Assembly: GCA_965223335.1 (NCBI GenBank)
Contig: OZ244991.1
Coordinates: forward strand, 736,001-800,000
Length of the DNA: 64,000 bases
Source of the DNA: Thermodesulfobacteriota bacterium
GTDB lineage: Bacteria > Desulfobacterota_D > UBA1144 > Nemesobacterales > UBA2774
Direction of reading: 5' to 3'
The position numbers were made by a program, and so were the translations under genes. This document shows, piece after piece, positions 1 through 9,647 of this stretch; the stretch's first letter is position 1, and the number at the start of each line of letters is the position of its first letter. A model generated the notes under the pieces. The model did no database searches, was not told the origin of the DNA, and saw nothing but the letters and a program-made list of their open reading frames with translations.

Positions 1-2
1 TT

Positions 3-785
3 GACGCCTTTGCCAACCTTAGACCCGCAATTGTTTACCCCGCTCTCGCCGACGCCTCTTCACTCAAAAGAGAGATAGTTGAAGATGTTGATATTATGGT
101 TGTCCGCGAGTTAACAAGCGGCATCTACTTCGGCAAGCCCAGGGGATTTGAGGGTGAGGGTGAGAATCAAAAAGCCTATAACACACTCGTGTATGCCAGA
201 CCCGAAATTGAGAGAATAGCGCGTGTGGCATTCGACATTGCGAGAAAAAGAAAGAAAAGACTTACCTCTATCGATAAAGCCAATGTGCTTGAAGTCATGC
301 AGTTCTGGAGAACGGTGGTTACAGAGATAAGGGATTCGGAATACCCCGATGTAGAGCTCGAGCACCTCTATGTAGACAACGCCGCCATGCAGCTGATCCG
401 AAGACCGAAGAGTTTCGACGTCATACTTGCCGGGAATATGTTCGGGGATATTATAAGCGACGAAGCCGCTCAGCTCACCGGTTCGTTAGGGATGCTGCCC
501 TCGGCTAGCATCGGTGAAGGGGCCATATACGAACCCGTACACGGAAGTGCACCTGATATCGCAGGACAGGACATTGCCAACCCCATCGCATCAGTACTCA
601 CGACTGCAATGATGCTCAAGTACACATTTAATATGGATGAGGCATCGGACCATATAGATCGAGTTGTCAGAAAGGTTTTAGGCAAAGGCCACAGGACCGC
701 GGATATCCATGAAGAAGGTGCCAACAAGGTAGGATGCAAAGAGATGGGAACGCTTATAGCAGAGCAACTAAGATCCGACTCTTAA
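3..785 (+). CDS. leuB: 3-isopropylmalate dehydrogenase (5'-truncated by window edge)
   Basis: Frame open from position 3 (DAFANLRPA...). Motifs [39 protein letters not shown]. Confidence 0.95.
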   Translation, partial: DAFANLRPAIVYPALADASSLKREIVEDVDIMVVRELTSGIYFGKPRGFEGEGENQKAYNTLVYARPEIERIARVAFDIARKRKKRLTSIDKANVLEVMQFWRTVVTEIRDSEYPDVELEHLYVDNAAMQLIRRPKSFDVILAGNMFGDIISDEAAQLTGSLGMLPSASIGEGAIYEPVHGSAPDIAGQDIANPIASVLTTAMMLKYTFNMDEASDHIDRVVRKVLGKGHRTADIHEEGANKVGCKEMGTLIAEQLRSDS

Positions 786-804
786 TCCCGCTATAATATA
801 CTGA

Positions 805-3800
805 GTGAATAAATCCCAGGACCAGATTCGAGATCACTACAGGCGACTTAGCCTCAGCCCGAGCTTCTCCGAGCTCATTTCAGAGGTCCAATCTGGGAGT
901 AATTTAATATCGCTATCCGGTCTAAACAGGTCGTCCAAATACTTTGTGTTGTCGGCCCTGGCTGCAAATCATAATCTACCCTTGCTTTACATCGTGGGTG
1001 ACAAGAAGCATGCTCAAAAAGCCCGGGAGTCGCTCTCCTATTTCTTGGGTGAAAACACCCCCGTACTAACTCACAACCCTCCCGAGACTGAGCCCCTATA
1101 CTCCGCCTATGCCCTTGAGCAAGCAGAGAAAATAAACTGGCTCGACGCTGCTTATAACAAAAAGGTATTGGTCGCCGAGGCTGCCGCACTGCTTAGGTTC
1201 GAACTGCCCCTAAGTGTGTTTGTCAATTTACGCAAAACCATCGAGACCGGCACAACTATAGCAAGAGAAGAGCTGCTCTCCGAGCTTTATAGATCGGGCT
1301 ACTCGCGTACTGATTTTGTAGAGAAACCCTCCGACGTAAGCATACGCGGTTCTGTAATCGATATATTTTCTCCGGGCTCAGAGTATCCTTGGCGCCTTGA
1401 GCTGCTCGGAGACGAGGTCGCATCAATCCGCACATTTAATATATCCGATCAAAAGTCAGTGGTTCGAATGGACAGCATTACCGTTCTCCCCGCAACCACT
1501 ATAATCATCGATGAAAGTTCTCGTGCTCGTGCCAAGTCCTATATTTTAAAAAAATCCGAGGAATCAGAGCTACCTGCACGAATTAAAAATTCGCTCGTCG
1601 AGGAGATAGGTTCCGGAATCTCCAATACAAACATGCAGTGGTTACTGCCGGCTTTTTATAAGAAGCCCGACACACCACTGGCTTATCTCGATCCCGACAC
1701 CCTTGTGGTCATAGACGATCCCGATACGGTTGAGAGTGAACTCGACTACTTTCAAAGCGGGCTTAAAAACATTGAAAGGGTTATCAAAAAAACTCTGAAA
1801 ATCTCACCCAGTGCCCACGAGCTGTTCATTACACCTACCAAATACTTAAAAGAGCTCGGCAAGTTTAAACAGGTCCATATTTCCGAGTTGGATTTGTCCG
1901 GTGCAAAAACCAAGTCGATCACATTCGACACCGAGAAAGCAACGATCCCGCGAAATGACAAAGATACTAGCCCCATAGACTGTCTCAGCAATTACCTAGC
2001 CGACAAACTCGACACAAACACACACATAGAGTTGGTCTTTGATACCGAACTGGAAAGAAAGAAGCTAATCGAAATACTATCGGATCGTAAGATAAAGGGG
2101 ATTAAAACCACCGTTGGCCGATTGGAAAACGGGCTTGCAATGCGCGAGGCAAACACCGTAATAATCACAGAACACGAGATATTCGGTCATAAAACCAGGG
2201 TTAAAACCACCAAGCGGGCCACTGACGCTGCCTCTGCATTTATAACATCTTTTAGCGAGTTAAAACCCGGTGATCACATCGTGCACGCTGAGTTCGGCAT
2301 CGGTGTATTTAGAAATCTAGTAAAACTCAGCATAGGCGACACGGTGGGGGATTTCATTCTGTGCGAGTATGCAGGTGGGGACAAAATCTATGTGCCCATA
2401 GATAAGCTTAAAAAAGTACAACGCTACATAGGCGACGGCAAAAAACCCAAGGTCGACAAACTCGGGAACCAGAGCTGGTCAAAAAGGTTAAGAAAAGTAA
2501 GGGCTGCGGTTGAGACTGTAGCAAAAGAACTGCTCATGCTATACGCCGAACGCAAGACCATAAAGGGGTTTAAATTCTCTCGGCGCGATGAGATGTTTCG
2601 AGAGTTTGAACTTGGTTTCCCTTACGACGAAACCCCTGACCAAGAGGCAGCCATCGACGAGGTAATAACCGATATGGAGTCCCCTAAACCCATGGACAGG
2701 CTAATTTGCGGCGATGTGGGATTCGGTAAAACAGAGGTTGCGCTCAGGGCTGCATTTAAGGCGGTTTCGGACCATAAGCAGGTAGCATTCTTAGTCCCGA
2801 CCACACTCCTTGCACACCAACACTACAAAACCTCGCTTAAACGCCTTGAGGACTATCCGATCACGATCGACACCTTGTCGCGCTTTAGAACATCCAAAGA
2901 AGAAAAACAGATTAGGGAAAGGCTTGCCGAGGGCAAACTCGACATAATCATCGGGACCCATAAACTCCTTAGCGATAAAATTCGCTATAAAAACCTCGGC
3001 CTGATAATTATCGACGAGGAGCACAGGTTTGGTGTATCGCAAAAAGAGAAGCTCAGGAAACTAAAGTCCGGTGTAGACGCTATTGCGCTTAGCGCCACAC
3101 CCATTCCACGCACACTTCAGCTCTCGTTGTCTAAGATACGCGATATAAGTCTCATAAACACCCCGCCACTCGGACGACAATCCATCGAGACCAACGTATA
3201 TAGATCAAACGACGAGATCATACGCCAAGCCATTACAAGAGAGCTCGACAGGGACGGATCCGTGTTCTTTGTTCACAACCGTATTGAGGACATACACAGG
3301 GTAGCCGATAGGGTTAAAAAGCTCGTGCCAAAAGCCTCGGTGGACGTCACGCACGGACGCATGAACGAGCGGCAGCTCGAAAACAGCATCACAAAATTTA
3401 TCGACGGCGAGCTCGACATCCTGGTCACAACCGCAATAGTTGAATCGGGCCTGGACATCCCTCGTGCCAACACCATTATAATCAATGACGCCCAGAACTT
3501 CGGCCTCGCAGACCTTTACCAGCTGAGGGGAAGAGTAGGACGCTCGGACATCCATGCCTATGCCTATTTTCTTGTACCCGCTAAAAACTCGCTCACACCC
3601 GACGCACGGCGCAGACTTAAAGCCATCTCAGAGATAAAGGAGTTGGGCTCGGGGTTTAAGCTCGCACTCTCTGACCTCGAGATCAGGGGGGCCGGAAACC
3701 TGTTCGGCACAGAGCAGTCGGGCCACATAGGTGATGTGGGGTTAGAGATGTACCTGGAGCTCCTCGAGGGCGCTATTGAGAGGATAGAGGGCGGTGATGT

Positions 3801-4233
3801 GGAGCAGCCCTACTACGAGCCCGAGATCAAGATCACACTGCCCGCTTACCTGCCCGACGACTATATAGAGGAAAGCTCCGAGAGACTCCTACTTTATAAA
3901 AGGGTTTCTAATGTGGACAGTGCCTTGGAACTAAACTCGATACGAAACGAGCTTAAAGACAGGTTCGGCAAACTACCCGCGCCTGCACGTAACCTCCTTG
4001 AGCTGGTCGAGATAAAGCTTATGATGAAGGAACTGGGAATCGAAAAAGCCGAGATCGGCCCACAAAAAACGGTTATAATGTTTTTAAAAAGCTCCCCGCT
4101 TTATAAACAGCAGAGAGAGGATGGCAGGCTTATTATATATCATGAAAAAGGCAATTTGATAGTCAATACCAAAAACGCTCTCAAAAATATTTCCAAACTG
4201 AACACACTTAACAAAAACACTCAAAACATGTAA
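805..4233 (+). CDS. mfd: Transcription-repair coupling factor
   Basis: 1142 aa. UvrB-like N-terminus, RID (VHAEFGIG), GDVGFGKT, DEEH, QLRGRVGR, DLEIRGAGN, TRCF C-terminus. Confidence 0.97.
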   Translation: MNKSQDQIRDHYRRLSLSPSFSELISEVQSGSNLISLSGLNRSSKYFVLSALAANHNLPLLYIVGDKKHAQKARESLSYFLGENTPVLTHNPPETEPLYSAYALEQAEKINWLDAAYNKKVLVAEAAALLRFELPLSVFVNLRKTIETGTTIAREELLSELYRSGYSRTDFVEKPSDVSIRGSVIDIFSPGSEYPWRLELLGDEVASIRTFNISDQKSVVRMDSITVLPATTIIIDESSRARAKSYILKKSEESELPARIKNSLVEEIGSGISNTNMQWLLPAFYKKPDTPLAYLDPDTLVVIDDPDTVESELDYFQSGLKNIERVIKKTLKISPSAHELFITPTKYLKELGKFKQVHISELDLSGAKTKSITFDTEKATIPRNDKDTSPIDCLSNYLADKLDTNTHIELVFDTELERKKLIEILSDRKIKGIKTTVGRLENGLAMREANTVIITEHEIFGHKTRVKTTKRATDAASAFITSFSELKPGDHIVHAEFGIGVFRNLVKLSIGDTVGDFILCEYAGGDKIYVPIDKLKKVQRYIGDGKKPKVDKLGNQSWSKRLRKVRAAVETVAKELLMLYAERKTIKGFKFSRRDEMFREFELGFPYDETPDQEAAIDEVITDMESPKPMDRLICGDVGFGKTEVALRAAFKAVSDHKQVAFLVPTTLLAHQHYKTSLKRLEDYPITIDTLSRFRTSKEEKQIRERLAEGKLDIIIGTHKLLSDKIRYKNLGLIIIDEEHRFGVSQKEKLRKLKSGVDAIALSATPIPRTLQLSLSKIRDISLINTPPLGRQSIETNVYRSNDEIIRQAITRELDRDGSVFFVHNRIEDIHRVADRVKKLVPKASVDVTHGRMNERQLENSITKFIDGELDILVTTAIVESGLDIPRANTIIINDAQNFGLADLYQLRGRVGRSDIHAYAYFLVPAKNSLTPDARRRLKAISEIKELGSGFKLALSDLEIRGAGNLFGTEQSGHIGDVGLEMYLELLEGAIERIEGGDVEQPYYEPEIKITLPAYLPDDYIEESSERLLLYKRVSNVDSALELNSIRNELKDRFGKLPAPARNLLELVEIKLMMKELGIEKAEIGPQKTVIMFLKSSPLYKQQREDGRLIIYHEKGNLIVNTKNALKNISKLNTLNKNTQNM

Positions 4234-4243
4234 CGGTAAACTA

Positions 4244-5128
4244 ATGATAAAGATACTGATTATCCCTATACTTTTACTTGCAATTGGATGCGGCGACTTT
4301 AACCGGTTTTACCATGACAAAAGGGCAGTTGATAAAGCCGATTACGTAGACCCGGATGTAGTGGCCGTTATAGGGGACACACAAATTACCCAAGAGGCCC
4401 TACTCAAAACACTCCGGTCGCTCCCCCTCAACCAAAGAAATCAGTATATGTCGTCCCCGGAAAAAAAGTACGAGTTCCTAGAAACTTATATAAACCAATT
4501 GGTGCTCGCAAAGGAAGCCAGAAAGAGGGGTTATGATCAAAGGGAGTATTTTAAAGATAACGTAGAGCAGCACAAGAACAGGTTATTGGTACAGATGCTC
4601 GGACAAGAGGTGCTTAGCGATGCCGACCTAAGCGACCGAGCAGTAACGAACTATTACGAGGGCAACAAAAACGAATATGAATTCCTGGACGTAAGCGAGA
4701 TTTATGTAAAGAGACCGCAAAGAGGGGTAAGTGACGAAAGCGTGCTCGGCACAACTAAGCAGATCGCCGGCAGAATAGCCAAGGGTGAGGATTTCGAGCA
4801 GGTTGGCAGAGCTTACCAAGAGGGCTCCAAAGGCAATATAAGACTGAGCAGTTCGCGGCAAATTCGTAAAGGTGTGTACCCGCCTGATGTTGAGGCACAG
4901 CTCTTTTCATTGAGTCCCGGGGAAATTATAGGCCCTCTAGAACTTGGAAACGGTTATTATATAATAAAACTAAAATCAAGGACCGAACCCTCATCCCTTG
5001 AACAGGTCAGAAGATCGGTAGAGTCGGATATGACTCAACAGCACTTTGGTGACTACTCAAAGGGTTTATGGGACTCATGGGATGTAGAGATTTACAAAGA
5101 CAATTTAGAGGAGATAGAACTCAAATGA
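4244..5128 (+). CDS. PpiC/parvulin-type peptidyl-prolyl isomerase, probable lipoprotein
   Basis: Lipobox-like LAIGC, SurA-N-like helices, degenerate rotamase (GEIIGPLELGNGYYIIKL). Typical position after mfd. Confidence 0.8.
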   Translation: MIKILIIPILLLAIGCGDFNRFYHDKRAVDKADYVDPDVVAVIGDTQITQEALLKTLRSLPLNQRNQYMSSPEKKYEFLETYINQLVLAKEARKRGYDQREYFKDNVEQHKNRLLVQMLGQEVLSDADLSDRAVTNYYEGNKNEYEFLDVSEIYVKRPQRGVSDESVLGTTKQIAGRIAKGEDFEQVGRAYQEGSKGNIRLSSSRQIRKGVYPPDVEAQLFSLSPGEIIGPLELGNGYYIIKLKSRTEPSSLEQVRRSVESDMTQQHFGDYSKGLWDSWDVEIYKDNLEEIELK

Positions 5129-6078
5129 TAAGCAAAAAAATGATCGGAGCCGCGCTACTACTAATGTTGATCAGTTTTGCACTACACGGCCCGCGCACAG
5201 TAACTGCGGCAGAGGTTATAGAAAGGGTAGTCGCCATTGTGAACAACGACGTGATTACATCATCAGAGCTGACAGAGCTCGCACGCAGCCTAAACCCAAC
5301 ATCTACAGAGGAGATTGACGAGAAGTTGATACTACAGCAGATGATCGACCAGAAACTACTGGAACAAGAGGCAGAGAGGCTTGGGATCCGGGTATCTGAC
5401 GCTGAGGTCGATGCGAGCCTAGAAGCCGTGAAAAGACAGTACAACCTAAACGACGAACAACTAGCCGAGGTGCTAAAGAAACAAAACCTAACACCAGAAG
5501 GGTTTCGTGAACAGTGGAAAACTCAAACCCTCGGCAACAAGCTTTTGGACGCACAACTCAAGGGTGCGCTAGTAGTGACTCAAGACGAGATAAATAAATA
5601 TTATGAAGAGAACTACGGTGCTCTCCCAGAAGGCGAGCGTAGCCAAGAGGTTAAAATCGCCCATATACTTATTTCGGCCGAGACACCCGACGCCAAGGCC
5701 AAGGCCGAGGAGGTAGCTTCGCTGGCCGCATCGGGAAAAAACTTTGGAGAGCTTGTAAAACAATACTCCGACGACACACTGTCGACTGAAAACGGCGGGG
5801 ACCTCGGAACATTTAAGAAGGGAGACCTTATCAAAGAGATGGAAGACGCTGTCGCAGTCACGGCAGTGGGCAACACAGCAGGCCCTGTCCAAACCCCCGC
5901 AGGTTACCACATTATCAAGGTCATAAGCCGCAACGACACAGGGGAAGTAACAACTGCGATCGACGAGCAAACTTACCAGGAAATACGACAGATACTCTAT
6001 CGAGAAAAAGCCGAAACACTTCTAAAAGATTGGCTAGACGGTATAAAAGAACGTGCCTACATAGACATCCGGCTTTAG
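5125..6078 (+). CDS. surA: SurA-like periplasmic chaperone/PPIase
   Basis: Start moved to ATG 5125 (GAGGAG SD, ATGA overlap). Signal peptide, ERVVAIVNNDVIT, HILI, GGDLG, GYHII. Confidence 0.85.
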   Translation: MISKKMIGAALLLMLISFALHGPRTVTAAEVIERVVAIVNNDVITSSELTELARSLNPTSTEEIDEKLILQQMIDQKLLEQEAERLGIRVSDAEVDASLEAVKRQYNLNDEQLAEVLKKQNLTPEGFREQWKTQTLGNKLLDAQLKGALVVTQDEINKYYEENYGALPEGERSQEVKIAHILISAETPDAKAKAEEVASLAASGKNFGELVKQYSDDTLSTENGGDLGTFKKGDLIKEMEDAVAVTAVGNTAGPVQTPAGYHIIKVISRNDTGEVTTAIDEQTYQEIRQILYREKAETLLKDWLDGIKERAYIDIRL

Positions 6079-6132
6079 AGCGGGGCACCCTATACACTTC
6101 CGGATACCTGTAGGTATCGGATATTCTTAGGG

Positions 6133-6636
6133 CTAAGGGGTTAGCATCTCTATAGTATCCTTATGCGCGGGGAACTCCTCAATGAGTGATGCACTTTCCC
6201 CAAGCTCAAAATCATCAAAATCAAACCCGGGTGCCATAGTCGTACCCATTAGCGCAAACTCTCCCCCATCCACCAAGTAAGAGCCGTGCCACACCCCCGC
6301 AGGCACAACCACCTGGACAAACTGGCCGGCCTCAATATCAGGACCCAAAAAAACTATTTTCGCACTACCGTCGGGGTTAAGCTGGATCAACTGCACAGGG
6401 TCGCCGAGATAAAAATGATAGATCTCATCTGTCGGCAGCCGGTGGAGAAAAGACTTAGTCTCAGGTGTGTGCATGAAATAAATAGCCGTGCAATGATGCT
6501 TATCGCCGATATAGTGTTCCGGCAGTGCATCTTTGGTAATCTTGTGAGCTGACCTGTAAGTCTCTGTATAAAATCCACCCTCTTGCGGATGGGGTTTCAT
6601 ATTATAGATCCTTATAAGTTTCTCGGCGGTAAGCAT
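6133..6636 (-). CDS. Cupin_5 (DUF985) family protein
   Basis: Motifs PHPxEGGFY, TAIYF, HRLxxDEIYHFYxG, APGFDF. Confidence 0.9.
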   Translation of the reverse strand: MLTAEKLIRIYNMKPHPQEGGFYTETYRSAHKITKDALPEHYIGDKHHCTAIYFMHTPETKSFLHRLPTDEIYHFYLGDPVQLIQLNPDGSAKIVFLGPDIEAGQFVQVVVPAGVWHGSYLVDGGEFALMGTTMAPGFDFDDFELGESASLIEEFPAHKDTIEMLTP

Positions 6637-6695
6637 CCAACACTCCCTAACTAAAGGAATATGATAACAACAATTATAGGGTTTGGAAAAAGGTC

Positions 6696-6727
6696 TTGAA
6701 TATCTTTCAAACGTGATTAATTTGAAA
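6696..6727 (+). promoter_or_regulatory. Putative hsp20 promoter with overlapping inverted repeat TTTCAAA-N9-TTTGAAA
   Basis: TTGAAT at 6696 and TAATTT at 6718. Perfect 7-bp inverted repeat at 6705-6711/6721-6727. Confidence 0.45.
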
Positions 6728-6761
6728 TTGTAATGATAAATAACAATATGGAGGTATCGAC

Positions 6762-7208
6762 ATGAAACTAAGACTATGGGAACCTTTTGAAAGAGTTAGA
6801 CCGTTTACAAAAGAGTGGGAAGAGTGGATTAACGAAGCATCCAAGGCTATGTCGCCTCGTGAGGGACTCGACAATGCTACATGGACACCTAAGGTGGATG
6901 TAGTGGAAAATGAGGATAGCTATGTAGTAAACGCAGATATCCCTGGGATGAATAAAGAGGATATCAAAATCGATATAGACGATAATACGCTTACGATTAA
7001 AGGCGAGAAAAAGCTCGAGAACAAAGAAGAAAAAGAGAACTACATAAGAATTGAACGTAGTTACGGTAGCTTCTTTAGAACCTTCGCTCTTTCTGAAAAT
7101 GTTGACAGGGAAAACATCAAAGCCAACTACAAAGACGGTGTCTTGGAACTCACACTGCCGAAAAAAGAAGAAGCCAAACCCAAGCAAATTGAAGTAGAAG
7201 TGAACTAA
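6762..7208 (+). CDS. Hsp20/alpha-crystallin small heat-shock protein
   Basis: PKVDV, ERSYGSFxRxF, ANYKDGVLELTLPK. GGAGG SD. Confidence 0.96.
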   Translation: MKLRLWEPFERVRPFTKEWEEWINEASKAMSPREGLDNATWTPKVDVVENEDSYVVNADIPGMNKEDIKIDIDDNTLTIKGEKKLENKEEKENYIRIERSYGSFFRTFALSENVDRENIKANYKDGVLELTLPKKEEAKPKQIEVEVN

Positions 7209-7221
7209 ATTGAACTGCCTC

Positions 7222-7257
7222 CCCCTCTCTCCCCCTGCATGGGGAGGGAGGGGTTTT
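7222..7257 (+). terminator. Rho-independent terminator of hsp20
   Basis: 13-bp stem CCCCTCTCTCCCC/GGGGAGGGAGGGG followed by TTTT, between convergent genes. Confidence 0.75.
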
Positions 7258-7276
7258 CCATACCCACCTATAATTT

Positions 7277-8203
7277 TTAGATACCGAGCTTATTCCTAAG
7301 CTCTCTATCCACCGGTTTATTCTGATTCCAGTAGTCGGTTATAAGGGTTTTCTTTTTAACTGCCTTTGTACTAAGCACCTTTTTATTATCCCCAAAACCG
7401 CTTACATACTGCTCTTCCCAAGATGTAATTTCGTGCGGAAACTCTTTTTCAAAATTAATACTCAACCTGCGCCTGGTATCCCCGTACTCAAGTGTGTATG
7501 TAATGATGTCTTTTTGCGACGGGTCCTCTTTTAGTGTAGCGCTGGCACTCTCTACCTTAAGCGGTCTATGTGTGAGCCGGGAACTCATTGTGCCGGGGAC
7601 TATATTTATATCCCCCACGGGCAGACTATCGGGTGCGATCCTTATTCGAGTCCATATCTCGTCTTCAAGTAGTGCCGTCTCAACATCATAATCGTTATCG
7701 CCCTCTGACTCGAAATATGAGAACTGTGTGACCTTATAATCCGCACCATCCAGGTTTAACTGAGTGTATGTGTGGCCGCACCACTCCTGTGAGGAGGACG
7801 AGACCTTGAGTGTATTTGGATATTGGTCGAGACCCACCGGTGTAAAGACCGAGTTCATCATGGAGTATCTGTAGATACCGGTATCGAATTTCTTGACGAA
7901 ATTGAGTTTAAGGATCTTAACTGCATCACCACCGGCTGCTGAGGGGTTATCAAGCTTAACCTGTTTATTTTGTGAAAAATCTTCGGTTACATATACCAAC
8001 ACCGCATACCCTTCGTGCAGCTCACCGTAGCGCGCCTGCTCGAGGTCATAGCTCGTAATCTCGGCAGTACCCCCATACCAGTACTCCTTAAACTGAGAGG
8101 ATTTAACCGCATCCTCCACATTTTTTGCTAAAGCACCATAAGGCACCGCCGCAGTTAGAAACATAAGAACTCCAAACAGCATTAATCGAATATAACTGTT
8201 CAT
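7277..8203 (-). CDS. Conserved hypothetical secreted protein
   Basis: Signal peptide and GGAGG SD. Motifs YWYxGxAE, QARYGE, VTEDF, TGIYxYSMM and QEWCG match a family I recall mainly from Bacteroidetes, where it is often mislabelled Maf. Confidence 0.75.
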   Translation of the reverse strand: MNSYIRLMLFGVLMFLTAAVPYGALAKNVEDAVKSSQFKEYWYGGTAEITSYDLEQARYGELHEGYAVLVYVTEDFSQNKQVKLDNPSAAGGDAVKILKLNFVKKFDTGIYRYSMMNSVFTPVGLDQYPNTLKVSSSSQEWCGHTYTQLNLDGADYKVTQFSYFESEGDNDYDVETALLEDEIWTRIRIAPDSLPVGDINIVPGTMSSRLTHRPLKVESASATLKEDPSQKDIITYTLEYGDTRRRLSINFEKEFPHEITSWEEQYVSGFGDNKKVLSTKAVKKKTLITDYWNQNKPVDRELRNKLGI

Positions 8204-8281
8204 TGATTTACCTCCATAATATTCATAAAGGATACCATAGAGATTATTTAAGTTTTTAAGTAAGGGTAGGAAAAAGTGTAT

Positions 8282-8331
8282 ATAAAAAACAAGGGCAAGC
8301 CAGTGAAAAAGTATTTCACCGACCCACCCTT
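8282..8331 (-). terminator. Strong rho-independent terminator (minus strand)
   Basis: Minus-strand 18-bp stem AAGGGTGGGTCGGTGAAA/TTTCACTGGCTTGCCCTT with 5 G-U pairs that only work on this strand, then GTTTTTT. Confidence 0.8.
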
Positions 8332-8440
8332 TGGAGGATGATGGCGATATTAAATGACCGGAGCTATCCGCTCATTTCGTGCTTCCCATAAATTATTCAA
8401 GTAGTAGACCTGTTTAGGCGTTCCTACCATCACCCAATAA
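8282..8440 (-). ncRNA. Candidate structured leader RNA or sRNA (unidentified)
   Basis: TATAGT -10 at 8445-8450, 10-bp closing helix 8426-8435/8336-8345, internal hairpin 8352-8377, terminator immediately after. Confidence 0.45.
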
Positions 8441-8648
8441 TCTAACTATAAACCTATATTAACGAAGATTACAGGTGCCTTAAGTATGTTTTTTTATTTA
8501 ACTTTAGTAATAATGATTGAACATTACATCTAACTTTTGGCTTAAGCCTAAAGTTTAATATTCTACGGCACTATGAAGAGCACGCTTATCCGAGTAGTGT
8601 AGAAAAATGAGATTTGAAAAGAGTTATGGTAGGTTACTGTGCTTATAT

Positions 8649-9647
8649 ATGAAGAAGCTACTTGATTGGGTACATATACCGGGTGTCCACTGCGGGTCGG
8701 TAGCACTTAGGGACGTCATGCAATACCACGGCTACGCTCTCTCGGAACCTATGTGCTTTGGGATAGGCGGGGGCCTTGGGTTTTATTACAGCGTTATGGA
8801 GGAACGTAGCCCGACCAGGATGATTTTTATGAGAGGCCCCGAGATGGAGCCTACATTTTTTAGCATTATCGATAAACCGACCGAGTGGTCTAAGGAACGG
8901 GATAATAACCGTGCTCTCGGGCTTGCAAAAGAAGCGATCGACAACGGCTATCCTCTGCTCCTTCAAACCGATATCTACTACCTCGACTACTACAATTCAA
9001 ACACACATTTTCCGGGCCACATAGTAGCTATGTGGGGATACGATGACGAAACCGGCACAGTATTTATAAGCGACACGGGGTTCGAGGGGTTAAAGCTGGT
9101 AAGCTACGAGGACTTTATGTTGGGCAGATCCTCCAAACACTCATCAAATCCACTTAGCAACAACTGGATCGATGTGAATCCCCAAAAACCGATAGTAGAG
9201 CTCAGAGACGCCATCCCTGCGGCATTGAAAGAGAATGCACGAAAGATGACGGAGGGGCACGGAGGTGCAAGGGGCGAGTCCTCTGTGGAGCTCATAAGGA
9301 CCTGGGCAGAGGACCTACCCAACTGGTCCCTGGCCCAAGACTGGCAATGGTGTGCTAGGTTCGGTTACCAGGTTATTCAAAAAAGGGGCGTCGGAGGCGG
9401 GGGGTTTAGGTATATATACAGAGATTTTCTGGTGGAAGCCGAGGATATTGTCCCAGAACTTAAAGATCTTGGGCTCTCTGGCAGGATGACAGAGATCGCA
9501 GACAAATGGAGCAACATGGGTGATCAGCTAAAGGCTATCAGCGAAAAAGACACCCCAAAAAAAGAGCTTCTTTTACGAGCTTCTTCCCTGGCGCATACTA
9601 TATGGGAGCAGGAAGTTGATTTCTACAACACAGTGCGCGGTTTATGA
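8649..9647 (+). CDS. BtrH_N / DUF4872 papain-like protein
   Basis: HxxGVHC, LSEPMCFGIGGGLGF, LDYY...HFPGH, GxGGGGFRYIY. Likely start ATG 8649 (ORF track starts at 8607). Confidence 0.8.
   Translation: MKKLLDWVHIPGVHCGSVALRDVMQYHGYALSEPMCFGIGGGLGFYYSVMEERSPTRMIFMRGPEMEPTFFSIIDKPTEWSKERDNNRALGLAKEAIDNGYPLLLQTDIYYLDYYNSNTHFPGHIVAMWGYDDETGTVFISDTGFEGLKLVSYEDFMLGRSSKHSSNPLSNNWIDVNPQKPIVELRDAIPAALKENARKMTEGHGGARGESSVELIRTWAEDLPNWSLAQDWQWCARFGYQVIQKRGVGGGGFRYIYRDFLVEAEDIVPELKDLGLSGRMTEIADKWSNMGDQLKAISEKDTPKKELLLRASSLAHTIWEQEVDFYNTVRGL

Noticed and set aside
8291..8325. Plus-strand GGGCAAGCCAGTGAAA resembles the start of a c-di-GMP-I aptamer
   Set aside because: No GCAAAG junction or tetraloop receptor; better explained as the minus-strand terminator.
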